From the NCBI GenBank assembly GCA_963792415.1, contig CAWBVY010000006.1, forward strand, positions 1 through 64,000: a stretch of DNA of 64,000 nt, read 5' to 3'. The stretch is from Candidatus Deferrimicrobiaceae bacterium. GTDB taxonomy: Bacteria > Desulfobacterota > Deferrimicrobia > Deferrimicrobiales > Deferrimicrobiaceae. The notes beneath the pieces are model-generated. The model did no database searches, was not told the DNA's origin, and was given only the letters and a program-made list of their open reading frames with translations. Of this stretch, positions 21,557 to 33,595 are shown piece by piece. How positions within the stretch are numbered: position 1 is the stretch's first letter; every line of letters begins with the position of its first letter. A program made the position numbers and the translations under genes.

Positions 21557-22317
21557 ACAACCTCCTTTCCATCAGGGCGGTCGACCTCCTCGACATCCTC
21601 CTGGTCGCCTTCATCATCTACTGGGTCCTTCTGTTCATCCGGGGGACCCGGGCCGTCCAGATCCTCTTCGGCCTGCTGATCCTGATGGTGATGTACGCCA
21701 TCGCCAAGAAGGCCGGGATGGTCACCTTCCAGTGGCTGGTCGGGAACTTCCTCGAAAACCTGCTCGTGGTCCTCGTGGTCGTCTTCCACAGCGAGATCCG
21801 CCGTGGGCTCGCCAAGATCGGGCAGACGAGCTTTTTCGGGGGGAGGAGGGACTTCCCCGACCCGGACGTGATCGATCAGATCGCCCAAAGCGCCTTCCTG
21901 CTCTCGCGGGATCGCATCGGCGCGATGCTGCTCCTTGAGCGGGAGATGGGGCTCGAGGAGCTTGTCGAGCACGGCAAAAAGCTCGACGCGCTCTTCTCCC
22001 CCGAACTCGCCGCCTCGATTTTCTCGACGTCCTCCCCGGTGCACGACGGAGCGGTCGTGATCCGGCACGACCGGATCGTCGCGGCGAGGATCATCCTGCC
22101 CATTCCGGCGGAGTCGGCCGAGACGCGCGGGATGGGGACCCGGCACCGCGCGGCGTTCGGCGTGGCGTCCGATACGGACGCGGTCGCGGTCGTGGTCTCC
22201 GAGGAGACGGGTAACGTCACGGTCTTCTCGAACCGGTCGACGAACCGCGTCGAAAGCGTGCGGGAGCTGCGGGAGACGCTCGGGCGGCTGTTCCACAGGG
22301 GGGGGGGCGCACCGTGA
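21550..22317 (+). CDS. cdaA: Diadenylate cyclase CdaA
   Basis: Three N-terminal transmembrane segments; DAC motifs HDGA and GTRHRAA; VSEETG. Confidence 0.93.
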   Translation: MVDNLLSIRAVDLLDILLVAFIIYWVLLFIRGTRAVQILFGLLILMVMYAIAKKAGMVTFQWLVGNFLENLLVVLVVVFHSEIRRGLAKIGQTSFFGGRRDFPDPDVIDQIAQSAFLLSRDRIGAMLLLEREMGLEELVEHGKKLDALFSPELAASIFSTSSPVHDGAVVIRHDRIVAARIILPIPAESAETRGMGTRHRAAFGVASDTDAVAVVVSEETGNVTVFSNRSTNRVESVRELRETLGRLFHRGGGAP

Positions 22318-22982
22318 GCTCGTTCGACCCGTTCCGCCTCCTTCGGGGGTTCGCGAGCAGGAACCTCGGGCTGAAAGTCGTCGCACTCGCGCTCGCCGTG
22401 GGGGCGTGGTGGTTCCTCGCGGGCGAGAGCAAGGTTCTGGTCAGTTTCACCATCCCGCTCGAGATCCGCAACGTGCCGAAGGAGATGACGATCACGAACA
22501 AGCCCGAGCGGCAGGTGGAGGTGCGCCTCTCCGGGCCTTCCTCCCTGCTGTCGGGGATGCGCCCTTCGGAGATCTTCGCCGCCGTCGACCTGGCATCCGC
22601 ACACACGGGGCGCCAATACTTCACCCTGGACGATCGGGCGGTGAAGGTCCCGCCGGGGATCAAGGTGCAGAGGATCTACCCTTCCTCGATCGAGGTGGTC
22701 CTCGACCGGACGGAGCGGCGCATGGTCCCGGTGTCGGCCAGGATCGGCGGCGGGACCGCGGTCCGCAAACGCGTCGAGAAAGTGGAGATCGATCCGCCGT
22801 CCGTCGAGGTCGAGGCGCTCTCCGAAGAGTTCGCGCGAATGCCCGTGATCTACACGGAGGAGGTCGTGCCGGACCGGACGGACGACACCTACTCCGCGAT
22901 CGTACGCGTGGAAACGCGCGAACCGCATGCTAAAATCGTCGGAAATCCGAGCGTTCGCGTGAAGATCGCATTCAGGAAATAG
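22314..22982 (+). CDS. cdaR: CdaR/YbbR-domain protein
   Basis: [16 protein letters not shown] transmembrane segment, YbbR-like VEVRLSGP repeats, and position between cdaA and glmM. Confidence 0.85.
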   Translation: MSSFDPFRLLRGFASRNLGLKVVALALAVGAWWFLAGESKVLVSFTIPLEIRNVPKEMTITNKPERQVEVRLSGPSSLLSGMRPSEIFAAVDLASAHTGRQYFTLDDRAVKVPPGIKVQRIYPSSIEVVLDRTERRMVPVSARIGGGTAVRKRVEKVEIDPPSVEVEALSEEFARMPVIYTEEVVPDRTDDTYSAIVRVETREPHAKIVGNPSVRVKIAFRK

Positions 22983-22995
22983 GAGGGATTCCCAG

Positions 22996-24345
22996 GTGAG
23001 AAGACTGTTCGGAACCGACGGCGTGCGAGGGGTCGCCAACACCGACCCGATGACCGTGGAGACCGCCCTGGCGCTGGGGCAGGCGGCGGCGCACCTGTTT
23101 CGGGGGAAGAACGGCAGGCACAAGATCGTGATCGGCAAGGACACCCGACTGTCCGGCTACATGTTCGAGACGGCGCTCTCGGCGGGGATCTGCGCGATGG
23201 GGGGCGACGTCCTGATCGTGGGGCCGATGCCCACACCCGGGATCGCCTTTCTCACCCATTCGATGCGTGCCGACGCCGGCGTCGTCATCTCCGCGTCCCA
23301 CAATCCGTACCCCGACAACGGGATCAAGTTCTTCGGCCGTGACGGCTTCAAACTCCCCGACGACGTCGAGGACCGGATCGAGCGCCTGATGTACGGCGAG
23401 CACCTCAAGGAGAATCGCCCCCCGTCGCCGGAGATCGGAAAGGCGCAGCGGATCGACGACGCGACCGGCCGGTACATCGTCTACCTGAAGAGCACCTTCC
23501 CGGCGAACCTCTCCCTGGAACGGCTGCGCATCGTCGTCGATTGCGCCAACGGCGCGGCGTACCGGATCGCGCCGCTGGTGTTCGCGGAGCTGGGAGCCGA
23601 GGTGATCACGATCGGCGTTTCCCCCAACGGCGTGAACATCAACGACCAGTGCGGCTCCCTCTATCCGGAGGTCGTGGCGGCGAAGGTGCGGGAGGCCCGC
23701 GCCGACATCGGGATATCGCTGGACGGCGACGCGGACCGGGTGATCGTGGTGGACGAGAAGGGGGGGATCCTGGACGGCGATCGGATCATGGCGATCTGCG
23801 CTGGGGAGATGTCCCGCAAGGGAAGGTTGGCGAAGAACACGGTGGTGTCCACCGTCATGAGCAACATCGGCCTCGAAATCTACCTCAAGGAGCGGAAGAT
23901 CAAGCTCCTGCGCGCACCGGTAGGGGACCGGTACGTCGTCGAGGCGATGCGGGCCGGCAACTACAACTTCGGGGGGGAACAGTCGGGCCACCTGATCTTC
24001 CTCGATCACGCCACGACGGGCGACGGGGTGCTCGCGGCGCTGCAGTTGCTCGGCATCATGGTCGAGTCCGGAAAGAAGGTCTCGGAGCTGGGGAAGAAAC
24101 TGAAAATCTTCCCGCAGATGCTCCACAACATCCGGATGAAGCATCGGGTGCCGCTCGAGTCGATGAAGGGGTTCCGGAAGGCCCAGGCGGAATTCGAGAA
24201 GGCGCTCGGGAACCGGGGGCGGATCGTCGTCCGGTACAGCGGGACGGAGCCGCTGCTGCGCATCATGGTGGAGGGGGAGGACCGGGACGAGGTCGAGGCG
24301 GTCGTGAAGGCCCTGGGCGAGAAGGCGAAGGCGGAAGGCCGATGA
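22996..24345 (+). CDS. glmM: Phosphoglucosamine mutase
   Basis: [36 protein letters not shown]. Confidence 0.97.
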   Translation: MRRLFGTDGVRGVANTDPMTVETALALGQAAAHLFRGKNGRHKIVIGKDTRLSGYMFETALSAGICAMGGDVLIVGPMPTPGIAFLTHSMRADAGVVISASHNPYPDNGIKFFGRDGFKLPDDVEDRIERLMYGEHLKENRPPSPEIGKAQRIDDATGRYIVYLKSTFPANLSLERLRIVVDCANGAAYRIAPLVFAELGAEVITIGVSPNGVNINDQCGSLYPEVVAAKVREARADIGISLDGDADRVIVVDEKGGILDGDRIMAICAGEMSRKGRLAKNTVVSTVMSNIGLEIYLKERKIKLLRAPVGDRYVVEAMRAGNYNFGGEQSGHLIFLDHATTGDGVLAALQLLGIMVESGKKVSELGKKLKIFPQMLHNIRMKHRVPLESMKGFRKAQAEFEKALGNRGRIVVRYSGTEPLLRIMVEGEDRDEVEAVVKALGEKAKAEGR

Positions 24346-25073
24346 CGCCGACGCGGAAGCGTCTCGGGGTCAACATCGACCACGTGGCCACGCTGCGCCA
24401 GGCGCGGCGGGGTCGGGTCCCGGAACCGGCGGCCGCGGCGTCGATCGCCGAGCATCACGGCGCCGACGGGATCACGGTCCATCTGCGGGAGGACCGGCGC
24501 CACATCCAGGACCGGGACCTCGAGGTGCTGAAGCGGGTCGTGACGACACGGATCAACCTCGAGATGGCGGCGACCGACGAGATCACGCGGATCGCCTGCT
24601 CCCTTGCGCCGCACTCCTGCACGCTGGTGCCGGAAAAGCGCGAAGAGATCACGACCGAAGGCGGCCTGGACGTTCTCGGGCATCGGGAGACGATGGCGCT
24701 GACGGCGGCGCGGCTGAAAAGCGCCGGGATCATCGTCAGCATGTTCATCGCCCCGGACCTCCCTCAGGTGCGCGCTTCACGGCAGGCGGGGGCGGACGCG
24801 ATCGAGATCCACACCGGGACGTTCTGCGAGGCGTTCGTCGCGGGGAGGCACGAGGTGGAGCTGTCGAAGATCCGCGCAGCGGCGGCGTTCGGCGCCTCCA
24901 TCGGGCTCAAGGTCTTCGCGGGCCACGGGCTCGACGTCCGGAACATCGTCCCAATCCTAGACATCCCGGAAATCGAGGAGTTCAACATCGGGCACAGCAT
25001 CATCGCCCGGGCGGTCTTCCTCGGGCTGCCGGCGGCCGTGAAGGAGATCGCCGACCTCATCCACGGGGCGTGA
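24342..25073 (+). CDS. pdxJ: Pyridoxine 5'-phosphate synthase
   Basis: [47 protein letters not shown]. Confidence 0.97.
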   Translation: MTPTRKRLGVNIDHVATLRQARRGRVPEPAAAASIAEHHGADGITVHLREDRRHIQDRDLEVLKRVVTTRINLEMAATDEITRIACSLAPHSCTLVPEKREEITTEGGLDVLGHRETMALTAARLKSAGIIVSMFIAPDLPQVRASRQAGADAIEIHTGTFCEAFVAGRHEVELSKIRAAAAFGASIGLKVFAGHGLDVRNIVPILDIPEIEEFNIGHSIIARAVFLGLPAAVKEIADLIHGA

Positions 25074-25080
25074 CAAAATA

Positions 25081-25358
25081 CCCCAACGCAGACGCAGGGC
25101 GCAGCGGGGGGGGCCACGAAGTGCTCCCCGTTCTTGCATCATCGGGAGTACCCCAGGGTGCGATTGTCGCCCGGTAGTGGGGCGGTGTATGGAGTGAGGC
25201 AGGGATTGCGTCGAACGGAATCGCAGTGAGCGGTCGAAGGTCGCGAGCGTAACGGAGTGGAAGCCCCCCCGCCCCACTCTCGCATATATACTTCGCTCCC
25301 TGGGGTACCCCCGCCGTAGGAAGAACGGGGGGCACGAGCCCGGAGTCTGAGAATGGGG
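25081..25358. repeat. Intergenic long-hairpin repeat, copy A, with two nested inverted ~63-bp inserts
   Basis: Core 25183-25268 matches 27371-27456 at 78/86 nt. Outer stems CCCCA/TGGGG, CAGAC/GTCTG, GGGC/GCCC. Inserts 25121-25183 and 25271-25335 are imperfect reverse complements of each other. Confidence 0.85.
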
Positions 25359-25363
25359 ATTGC

Positions 25364-25753
25364 ATGATCGCCGGGATCGGAGTGGACATCGTCGACATCC
25401 CGCGGATCCAGGCGCTGCTCGACCGGTACGGCAAACGGTTCCTGGGCCGCGTATACACCGAGGCCGAAACGGCCTACGCGATGCGCGGCGCGAACAAGGC
25501 GGAGCGGCTGGCGGGGCGGTTCGCGGTGAAGGAAGCGGTGATGAAGGCGCTCGGAACCGGGAAATCCCAGGGGATCCTCTGGAGGGACATCGAGACGTTG
25601 CGCACACGCTCGGGAAAGCCCGAGGTCCATCTGCACGGGCAGGCGGTGAAACGGGCGAAATTGCTGGGCGGCGGAGCGGTGCACGTGTCGATCACGCATG
25701 ACGGAGGGAAAGCCATGGCGTTCGTGATCCTCGAAAAGGCGGGTGGAGCATAG
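25364..25753 (+). CDS. acpS: Holo-[acyl-carrier-protein] synthase
   Basis: GIGVDIV, LAGRFAVKEAVMKALGTG, GKP, VSITHD. Confidence 0.96.
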   Translation: MIAGIGVDIVDIPRIQALLDRYGKRFLGRVYTEAETAYAMRGANKAERLAGRFAVKEAVMKALGTGKSQGILWRDIETLRTRSGKPEVHLHGQAVKRAKLLGGGAVHVSITHDGGKAMAFVILEKAGGA

Positions 25754-27334
25754 ATGAAAATCGTGACGGCACGGCAGATGGCCGAACTGGATCGGGTGAC
25801 GATCCACACGTACGGCATCCCCGCCCTGGTGCTGATGGAGAACGCCGGGCGGTCGTGCACGGACCGGATCTTCCGGATCCTCGAGGAGAAGGCGGGCGGC
25901 CCCCAGGAGGCGTCCGTGGCGGTGGTGTGCGGCAAGGGGAACAACGGCGGCGACGGGATGGTGATCGCCCGGCACCTGCACAACCGGGGCGCCTATGTCG
26001 AGGTCTTCCTCCTGTCCGAGGAGAACGACCTGTCGGCCGACGCGCGGACCCAGCACGAGATCCTCCGGCGGATGGACGTCGAGGTTCGGGTGATCCGGGA
26101 CACGGAAGGGGTGGAGGACCTGCGCACCTATCTCGAGGAGGTCCACCTGTGCGTGGACGCGATCCTCGGGACGGGCCTCGCCTCCCCGCTGTCCGGTATC
26201 GTGCGGGAGGTGGTCGAGGTGATCAATCTCTCGATGGCCCCCGTCTTCGCCGTTGACATCCCGACCGGGATCGACGCAACGACCGGGCGGATCCTGGGCG
26301 AGGCGATCCGCGCCGAATTCACGGGGACCTTCGGGCTGCTCAAGCTGGGACACGTCCTGCTCCCCGGCTCGATCCATTGCGGCGAAACGGAGATCTACGA
26401 CATCGGGATCCCGCCGCGTGCGGTGTTCGACGCGCAGATCAACACCGAGGCGCTGGACGAGCAGATCGTGAAAAGCATGCTCTCCGTGCGCCCGCCCGGA
26501 TTCCACAAGGGAGACGCGGGAAGGGTCCACATCGTCGGCGGGTCGCCCGGGATGACGGGCGCGCCGTGCCTGGCCGGTTCGGCGGCGCTGCGCATGGGGG
26601 CGGGGCTCATCACCGTGATCACACCGGAGTCGCTGCGACCGATCGTCGAGTCGAAGCAGATGGAGGTGATGACCCACGGGATCCCGGACGGCGGGACGGG
26701 GTACTTCGCGCCCGGGATGATCCCCGCGCTGATGGAGGTCCTTTCGAAGGCGGACGTGGTCGTCGTCGGGCCGGGACTGGGGATGACCGACGCGATGCCC
26801 GCGTTCGTGAAGGAACTGATCTCGAGGATCAAGGTTCCCTTCCTGCTCGACGCCGACGCGCTGAACGCCTTGTCGGGGGAGGCGGTCACCCTGCAGGGGG
26901 CGACGGCCCCGTGCATCCTCACCCCCCACCCGGGGGAGATGGCGCGGCTGACGAAGGAGACGATCGAATCGATCGAGGCGACGCGGATCGACTCCGCGCG
27001 GCACCTGGCCGAAGAGGAGCGGGTCACGGTGATCCTCAAGGGAGCGCGCACCGTCGTGGCGACGCCGAAAGGGGACATCTTCATCAACACGACGGGGAAC
27101 CCCTACATGGCGTCGGGCGGGATGGGCGACGCACTGACCGGGATGATCGCGGCGCTCGCCTCCCAGGGGCTCTCGCCGAACGACGCCGCCTGCGCGGGCG
27201 TCTTCCTGCACGGCCTTTCGGCGGACCTGCTGGTGCGCGAGCACCCGATGACCCCGGTGACGGCGACCGACGTGATCGAAAACATCCGGGGGGCGCTGCA
27301 GCACACGCTCGGCGAACCGCCCGAGGAAGAATAA
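25754..27334 (+). CDS. nnr: Bifunctional NAD(P)HX epimerase/dehydratase (YjeF)
   Basis: LMENAG, GKGNNGGDG, DIPTG, HKGDAG, GPGLG, DADAL, TPHPGE, SGGMGDALTG. Confidence 0.95.
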   Translation: MKIVTARQMAELDRVTIHTYGIPALVLMENAGRSCTDRIFRILEEKAGGPQEASVAVVCGKGNNGGDGMVIARHLHNRGAYVEVFLLSEENDLSADARTQHEILRRMDVEVRVIRDTEGVEDLRTYLEEVHLCVDAILGTGLASPLSGIVREVVEVINLSMAPVFAVDIPTGIDATTGRILGEAIRAEFTGTFGLLKLGHVLLPGSIHCGETEIYDIGIPPRAVFDAQINTEALDEQIVKSMLSVRPPGFHKGDAGRVHIVGGSPGMTGAPCLAGSAALRMGAGLITVITPESLRPIVESKQMEVMTHGIPDGGTGYFAPGMIPALMEVLSKADVVVVGPGLGMTDAMPAFVKELISRIKVPFLLDADALNALSGEAVTLQGATAPCILTPHPGEMARLTKETIESIEATRIDSARHLAEEERVTVILKGARTVVATPKGDIFINTTGNPYMASGGMGDALTGMIAALASQGLSPNDAACAGVFLHGLSADLLVREHPMTPVTATDVIENIRGALQHTLGEPPEEE

Positions 27335-27477
27335 TGCCATGCGGAGGGCGCAGCAGGGGGTTCCACGAAGCGGCGTATGGAGCGAGGCGATGATTGCGTC
27401 GAGCGGAATCGCAGTGAGCGGTCGAAGGTCGCGAACGTAGCGGAGTGGAAGCCCCCTGCGAGCCCGGAAGCATGGCG
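27335..27477. repeat. Intergenic long-hairpin repeat, copy B (insert-free)
   Basis: Stem GCCATGC/GCATGGC, GGGC/GCCC, GCAGGGGGTTCCAC/GTGGAAGCCCCCTGC, enclosing the core shared with copy A. Confidence 0.85.
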
Positions 27478-27488
27478 GATATTTCCTG

Positions 27489-27977
27489 ATGTCTGAAAAC
27501 CGTCTCCTGTTCACCTCGGAGTCGCCCGAGGACACCCTCGCGATCGCCCGGGCGTTGGGCGCGGCGCTTCGTCCCGGCGACGTCGTCGCGCTGTACGGGG
27601 ACCTCGGGGCCGGGAAGACCCTCTTCTGCAAGGGGGTGGGGGAGGCGCTCGGGATCCCGCCCGACCGGATCGTCAGCCCGACCTTCACGATCGTGACGGA
27701 GCACGCGGGGACGCTTCCGCTCACGCACATCGACGTCTACCGCCTCGCGGGGGTGCGGGAAGCGGAAGATATCGGAATGCGCGAGCTCCTGTCGGGCGAC
27801 GGCGTCTGCCTGGTGGAGTGGGCGGAAAAGGTCGCGGAACTGTTGCCAACGGATTGTATACAGGTTAAATTCTCTTTTTCGGGCGACGACCGCAGGGAGA
27901 TCGCGATCGCCGCACCGGACCTCCCGGGGTTCGACGAATTCCGGGCCCGGTCCATACGCTTCCTGCGAGGAGGGTGA
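27489..27977 (+). CDS. tsaE: tRNA threonylcarbamoyladenosine biosynthesis ATPase
   Basis: [24 protein letters not shown]. Confidence 0.96.
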   Translation: MSENRLLFTSESPEDTLAIARALGAALRPGDVVALYGDLGAGKTLFCKGVGEALGIPPDRIVSPTFTIVTEHAGTLPLTHIDVYRLAGVREAEDIGMRELLSGDGVCLVEWAEKVAELLPTDCIQVKFSFSGDDRREIAIAAPDLPGFDEFRARSIRFLRGG

Positions 27978-27985
27978 CAGACGCG

Positions 27986-29206
<1,221 letters not shown>

Positions 29207-29255
29207 TCGAGGCGCATCAAACGACGATCACGGGATCGGAAGGGCGGGACGACGA

Positions 29256-30845
29256 ATGAAGAACGTGTATCTGTACGACACCACGCTGCGGGACGGAACC
29301 CAGTCCGAAGAGGTTTCCCTGTCCGTGCTCGACAAGGTCGCGATCGCCGAGAAGCTGGACGAGTTCGGCATCCACTTCATCGAGGGCGGCTACCCCGGCA
29401 GCAACCCGAAGGACAAGGAGTTCTTCGAGCGGGCGCGAAAGATGCGCTGGAAGAACTCGGTCATGTGCGCCTTCGGGATGACCCGCCGGGTCGGGAAGAA
29501 GGTCGACGAGGACGCCAACATGAAGGCGCTCGTCGCGGCAGGGACGCCGGTCATCACGGTGGTGGGGAAGTCGTGGGACTTCCACGTCATCGAGGCGCTG
29601 CGCACCACCCTCGAGGAGAACCTGCACGCCGTCAAGGACACGGTCGCCTACCTGAAGAAGAACGCCGACAAGGTCTTCTTCGACGCCGAGCATTTCTTCG
29701 ACGGGTACGCGCACAACCCGAAATACGCGATGAAGGTGCTGGCGGCCGCGGTGGACGCGGGCGCCGACGTCCTGGTCCTTTGCGACACGAACGGCGGCTC
29801 GCTCCCGTCCGACATCTCGCGGATCGTCAAGGAGGTCCGGAAGGCGACCTCCGCGCCGATCGGGATCCACACCCACAACGACGGCGAGATGGCGGTGGCC
29901 AACACGCTCGCGGCCGTGGAGTGCGGTGCCTCCCAGGTCCAGGGAACGATCAACGGGTACGGGGAACGGTGCGGGAACGCGAACCTGGTCTCCATCCTCC
30001 CCGCGCTGATGCTCAAGATGGGACGGCAGGTCCTTCCGAAGGGGCAGCTGCGGAAGCTGACCGACCTGTCGCGCTACGTGGCCGAGGTGGCCAACGTCGG
30101 GCGATGGATTCACGCGCCGTACGTCGGGAACGCGGCGTTCGCGCACAAGGGCGGGATGCACGTCTCCGCCATCCGCCGTCACACGAAAACGTACGAGCAC
30201 ATCGAACCCGAGGCGGTCGGAAACCACCGGCGGGTGCTGGTCTCCGATCTTTCAGGACGCAGCAACATCCTCTCGAAGATCCAGGAAACGGGGCTCAAGT
30301 TCAGCACGAAGGACCCCAACACCGAAAAGATCCTCGAGGAGATCAAGGAACTCGAGCACAAGGGGTTCCTGTTCGAGGGGGCGGACGCCTCGTTCGAGCT
30401 GCTGGCGCGTCGCGCGATGGGGGAGCACAAGCCGTTTTTCGAACTGGCGGGGTTCCGGGTGATCGACGAAAAGCGGTCCGAGGGCGAGACGCCGATCGCC
30501 GAGGCGACGATCCAGATCTCCGTCGACGGAAAGGCGGAGCACACGGCGGCCCTCGGGAACGGCCCGGTAAACGCCCTGGACAACGCCTTGCGGAAGGCGC
30601 TCGAGAAATTCTACCCGGAAGTGGCCGAGGTGAAGCTCCTCGACTACAAGGTCCGCGTGATCCGGCAGGGAGGGACCGGCTCCTCGGTACGCGTCTTGAT
30701 TAAATCCGGCGACAAGGACGAGATCTGGGGCACCGTGGGCGTGTCGCACAACATCATCGAGGCGTCCTGGCAGGCCCTGGTGGACAGCATCCGGTACAAG
30801 CTGTGGAGGTCGCGGCGTGCCGATCTATGGGAGCAGGGAGGATAG
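29256..30845 (+). CDS. cimA: Citramalate synthase
   Basis: [54 protein letters not shown]-terminal regulatory domain. Confidence 0.92.
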   Translation: MKNVYLYDTTLRDGTQSEEVSLSVLDKVAIAEKLDEFGIHFIEGGYPGSNPKDKEFFERARKMRWKNSVMCAFGMTRRVGKKVDEDANMKALVAAGTPVITVVGKSWDFHVIEALRTTLEENLHAVKDTVAYLKKNADKVFFDAEHFFDGYAHNPKYAMKVLAAAVDAGADVLVLCDTNGGSLPSDISRIVKEVRKATSAPIGIHTHNDGEMAVANTLAAVECGASQVQGTINGYGERCGNANLVSILPALMLKMGRQVLPKGQLRKLTDLSRYVAEVANVGRWIHAPYVGNAAFAHKGGMHVSAIRRHTKTYEHIEPEAVGNHRRVLVSDLSGRSNILSKIQETGLKFSTKDPNTEKILEEIKELEHKGFLFEGADASFELLARRAMGEHKPFFELAGFRVIDEKRSEGETPIAEATIQISVDGKAEHTAALGNGPVNALDNALRKALEKFYPEVAEVKLLDYKVRVIRQGGTGSSVRVLIKSGDKDEIWGTVGVSHNIIEASWQALVDSIRYKLWRSRRADLWEQGG

Positions 30846-31272
30846 CGGCGGGAGACGGCGCGGCGCCCTGGTCCTTTCCCTGATCCTCCTGGTCTGGAAT
30901 GTTTTCGCTTCGGCAATGCGCGTTGCCTCGGTCGTGTTTCTCCCTTCCATGGACGGGATCGACGGTTCCACCGTCTTCCGGTCCGTCCCCGACAACGAAA
31001 CGGCCCTCCTTCACGCCGAAAGCCCCCGAAGCGGATCGCTGACGATCCGACAGAAATACCTTGTTGGAAAACGGGTAGATATAAACAAGGCTTCCCTTCG
31101 GGAGATCTCGGAACTGCCCGGGATCTCCGACGAGGTCGCCGCCGCCGTCGTAAGGGAACGGGATCGCCTCGGTCGGTTCCGTTCCCCACGGGATCTTCTC
31201 GGCGTCAAGGGGATCAAGGCGAAGCGGTTGCAGATAATCCTTCCATTTCTTTCCAAATTGCAGAATAATTGA
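30817..31272 (+). CDS. ComEA-family helix-hairpin-helix DNA-binding protein
   Basis: N-terminal transmembrane segment; [17 protein letters not shown]...[13 protein letters not shown]. Confidence 0.8.
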   Translation: MPIYGSREDSGGRRRGALVLSLILLVWNVFASAMRVASVVFLPSMDGIDGSTVFRSVPDNETALLHAESPRSGSLTIRQKYLVGKRVDINKASLREISELPGISDEVAAAVVRERDRLGRFRSPRDLLGVKGIKAKRLQIILPFLSKLQNN

Positions 31273-31289
31273 CCTAAACTGTCTTATAC
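31265..31289 (+). promoter_or_regulatory. IscR/Rrf2 type-1-like operator upstream of cysE
   Basis: ATAATTGACCTAAACTGTCTTATAC resembles ATASYYGACTRWWWYAGTCRRSTAT (GAC-N7-GTC core) and overlaps a TTGACC -35-like hexamer. Confidence 0.6.
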
Positions 31290-31308
31290 TATCTTTCCGC
31301 AGGGAGGG

Positions 31309-31992
31309 ATGATGTTCCAATCGATCCGGAACGACATCAAGGTGATCTTCGAGAGGGATCCCGCCGCTCGCAGCGTGCTCGAGATCTTCCTCTGCTACCC
31401 GGGCTTCCACGCCGTCCGGTTCCACCACCTCGCGCACTGGCTCTGGACGCACGATTTCCGGATCCTCGCGAGGTTCCTTTCCCACATCTCGCGAACCCTC
31501 ACGGGGATCGAGATCCACCCGGGGGCGACGATCGGCGACGGGTTCTTCATCGATCACGGCATGGGGGTGGTGATCGGGGAGACGGCCGAGATCGGCAACA
31601 ACGTCACCCTGTACCACGGCGTGACCCTGGGCGGGACGAGCTGGAACAAGGGGAAGCGGCACCCCACCCTCGAAGACAACGTGATCGTCGGGGCGGGGGC
31701 GGCGATTCTCGGCGCGATCCGCGTCGGGCACGACTCCAAGATCGGATCCGGATCGGTGGTGAACCGGGAGGTGCCGCCCAACTCGACGGTCGTCGGGATC
31801 CCCGGGCGCATCGTCTACCGCGAGGGGAACGTCTACAACGATCCGACCGGCGTGGGGGGGACGCCCGATCCGGAAGGGAAGGCGATCAAGTGCCTGACCG
31901 ACCAGATCGTCGCCCTCGAGAAGCGGGTCGAGGAGCTGACCCGGCGCGTCGAGGATTCGCAGCAGCCCGCGGAGGCGAGGACCGGGACGTGA
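31309..31992 (+). CDS. cysE: Serine O-acetyltransferase
   Basis: [40 protein letters not shown]. Confidence 0.97.
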   Translation: MMFQSIRNDIKVIFERDPAARSVLEIFLCYPGFHAVRFHHLAHWLWTHDFRILARFLSHISRTLTGIEIHPGATIGDGFFIDHGMGVVIGETAEIGNNVTLYHGVTLGGTSWNKGKRHPTLEDNVIVGAGAAILGAIRVGHDSKIGSGSVVNREVPPNSTVVGIPGRIVYREGNVYNDPTGVGGTPDPEGKAIKCLTDQIVALEKRVEELTRRVEDSQQPAEARTGT

Positions 31993-32420
31993 AGATCACC
32001 ACCCGGGGACGGTATGCCGTGATGGCGATGGTATCGCTGGCCGCGTCGTCCCGGGGAAACCCCGTGCCGATCCAGACGATCGCGAAGCGGGAGTCGATCC
32101 CCGAGCCGTACCTGCAGCAGCTTTTCCTGCGGCTGCGCAAGCAGAACATCGTGAAGAGCGTTCGCGGCCCCGGCGGCGGGTTCATCCTCGCCCGGGACCC
32201 TTCCGGGATCACCGTCGGGGAGATCATCCGGACCGCGGAGGGGAAGCCCGCGCGGGTCGGTTGCCGCCGGTCGGGGGTCGCGTGCGGAAGGATCGACCGG
32301 TGCCGGACCCAGGGGATGTGGGACGCCCTCGAGGCAAGGATCGAGGAGTTCCTCGATTCGATGTCCGTGCAGGACCTGTTCGAGGAGCGCCGGGAAACGC
32401 GCGAGGAGGTGGGGGCGTGA
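31989..32420 (+). CDS. iscR: Rrf2-family regulator, IscR-like
   Basis: [27 protein letters not shown], three Cys residues ([14 protein letters not shown]). Confidence 0.8.
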   Translation: MKITTRGRYAVMAMVSLAASSRGNPVPIQTIAKRESIPEPYLQQLFLRLRKQNIVKSVRGPGGGFILARDPSGITVGEIIRTAEGKPARVGCRRSGVACGRIDRCRTQGMWDALEARIEEFLDSMSVQDLFEERRETREEVGA

Positions 32421-33595
32421 GGAGGATCTACTTCGACCACAACGCCACGACCCCGGTCCACCCGATGGTGGCGGCCGCCGTGCAGCCGTTCCTCGGCGAA
32501 CACTTCGGAAATCCCTCCAGCATCCACTGGGCGGGGCGGGACGTCCGCAAGGCGGTCGAGGATGCCCGGGCGGAGATCGCCGCGTTCTACGGATGCCGCC
32601 CTCTGGAGGTCGTCTTCACGAGCTCCGGGACCGAGGCCGACAACCTTGCGGTGATTGGCGTGGCGCTCCGGGCGGGGAACGCGGGGAAGCACATCGTCAC
32701 GTCGCAGGTGGAGCATCCTGCGATCATGAACACGTGCCGGTTCCTCGAGTCGCAGGGGTTCCGCGTGACGTACGTCCCGGTCAACCGCCAGGGGATCGTG
32801 GAGCCCGACGCGGTCCGGAGTGCGCTTGCGAAAGATACGATCCTCGTTACCATCATGGCGGCGAACAACGAGACCGGCTGCCTGATGCCCATCGCGGAGA
32901 TCGGCGCGATCGCGCGGGACGCCGGCGTGCTCATGCACACCGACGCGGTCCAGGCGACCGGCAAGGTTCCGCTCCCATGGGAGTCCCTTCCCGTGGATCT
33001 GCTGACGTTTTCCGGGCACAAGGTGAACGGCATCAAGGGGGCGGGCGGGCTGATCGTGAGGAAGGGGGTCGAGATCGAGGCGGTCCTCCACGGGGGGCAC
33101 CAGGAGCGGGGCCGGCGGGGCGGCACCGAGAACGTGGTGGGGATCGTCGGGATGGGGAAGGCGTTCTCCCTCCTGTCGGAAAACATGGCGGGGGAGGCGG
33201 CCGAGGTCCGCCGGCTCCGGGACGCGTTCGAGCGGGCGTTGTTCGCGCGGATCCCCGACCTCGTGCTGAACGGACACCCCACCCTGCGGCTTCCGAACAC
33301 GGTCAACATCTCGTTCCGGTTCGTGGAAGGGGAGGCGCTGCTGCTGAACCTCGACATGATGGGGATCGCCTGCTCCTCGGGCTCCGCCTGCACCTCGGGG
33401 TCGCTCGAGGGGTCGCCGATCCTGGCGGCGATGGGGGCCGACCCGACGGATTCCCAGGGCGCCCTCCGGTTCTCCCTCGGGTTCGGGAACACGGACGACG
33501 ACGTGGCGTACGCGGTGGACGCCATCGAGACGGTCGTCGACAAGCTTCGGGCGATGTCGCCGCTCTACCACCCGCAAAAGGCGAAAGCGCGATGA
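32417..33595 (+). CDS. iscS: Cysteine desulfurase (IscS/NifS)
   Basis: YFDHNATTP, EHPA, ANNETG, HTDAVQ, SGHK, SSGSACTS. Confidence 0.93.
   Translation: MRRIYFDHNATTPVHPMVAAAVQPFLGEHFGNPSSIHWAGRDVRKAVEDARAEIAAFYGCRPLEVVFTSSGTEADNLAVIGVALRAGNAGKHIVTSQVEHPAIMNTCRFLESQGFRVTYVPVNRQGIVEPDAVRSALAKDTILVTIMAANNETGCLMPIAEIGAIARDAGVLMHTDAVQATGKVPLPWESLPVDLLTFSGHKVNGIKGAGGLIVRKGVEIEAVLHGGHQERGRRGGTENVVGIVGMGKAFSLLSENMAGEAAEVRRLRDAFERALFARIPDLVLNGHPTLRLPNTVNISFRFVEGEALLLNLDMMGIACSSGSACTSGSLEGSPILAAMGADPTDSQGALRFSLGFGNTDDDVAYAVDAIETVVDKLRAMSPLYHPQKAKAR

Noticed and set aside
25081-27477. CRISPR array or tRNA interpretation of the repeats
   Set aside because: There are only two dispersed copies, no repeat-spacer periodicity, no cas genes, and no cloverleaf or T-loop.
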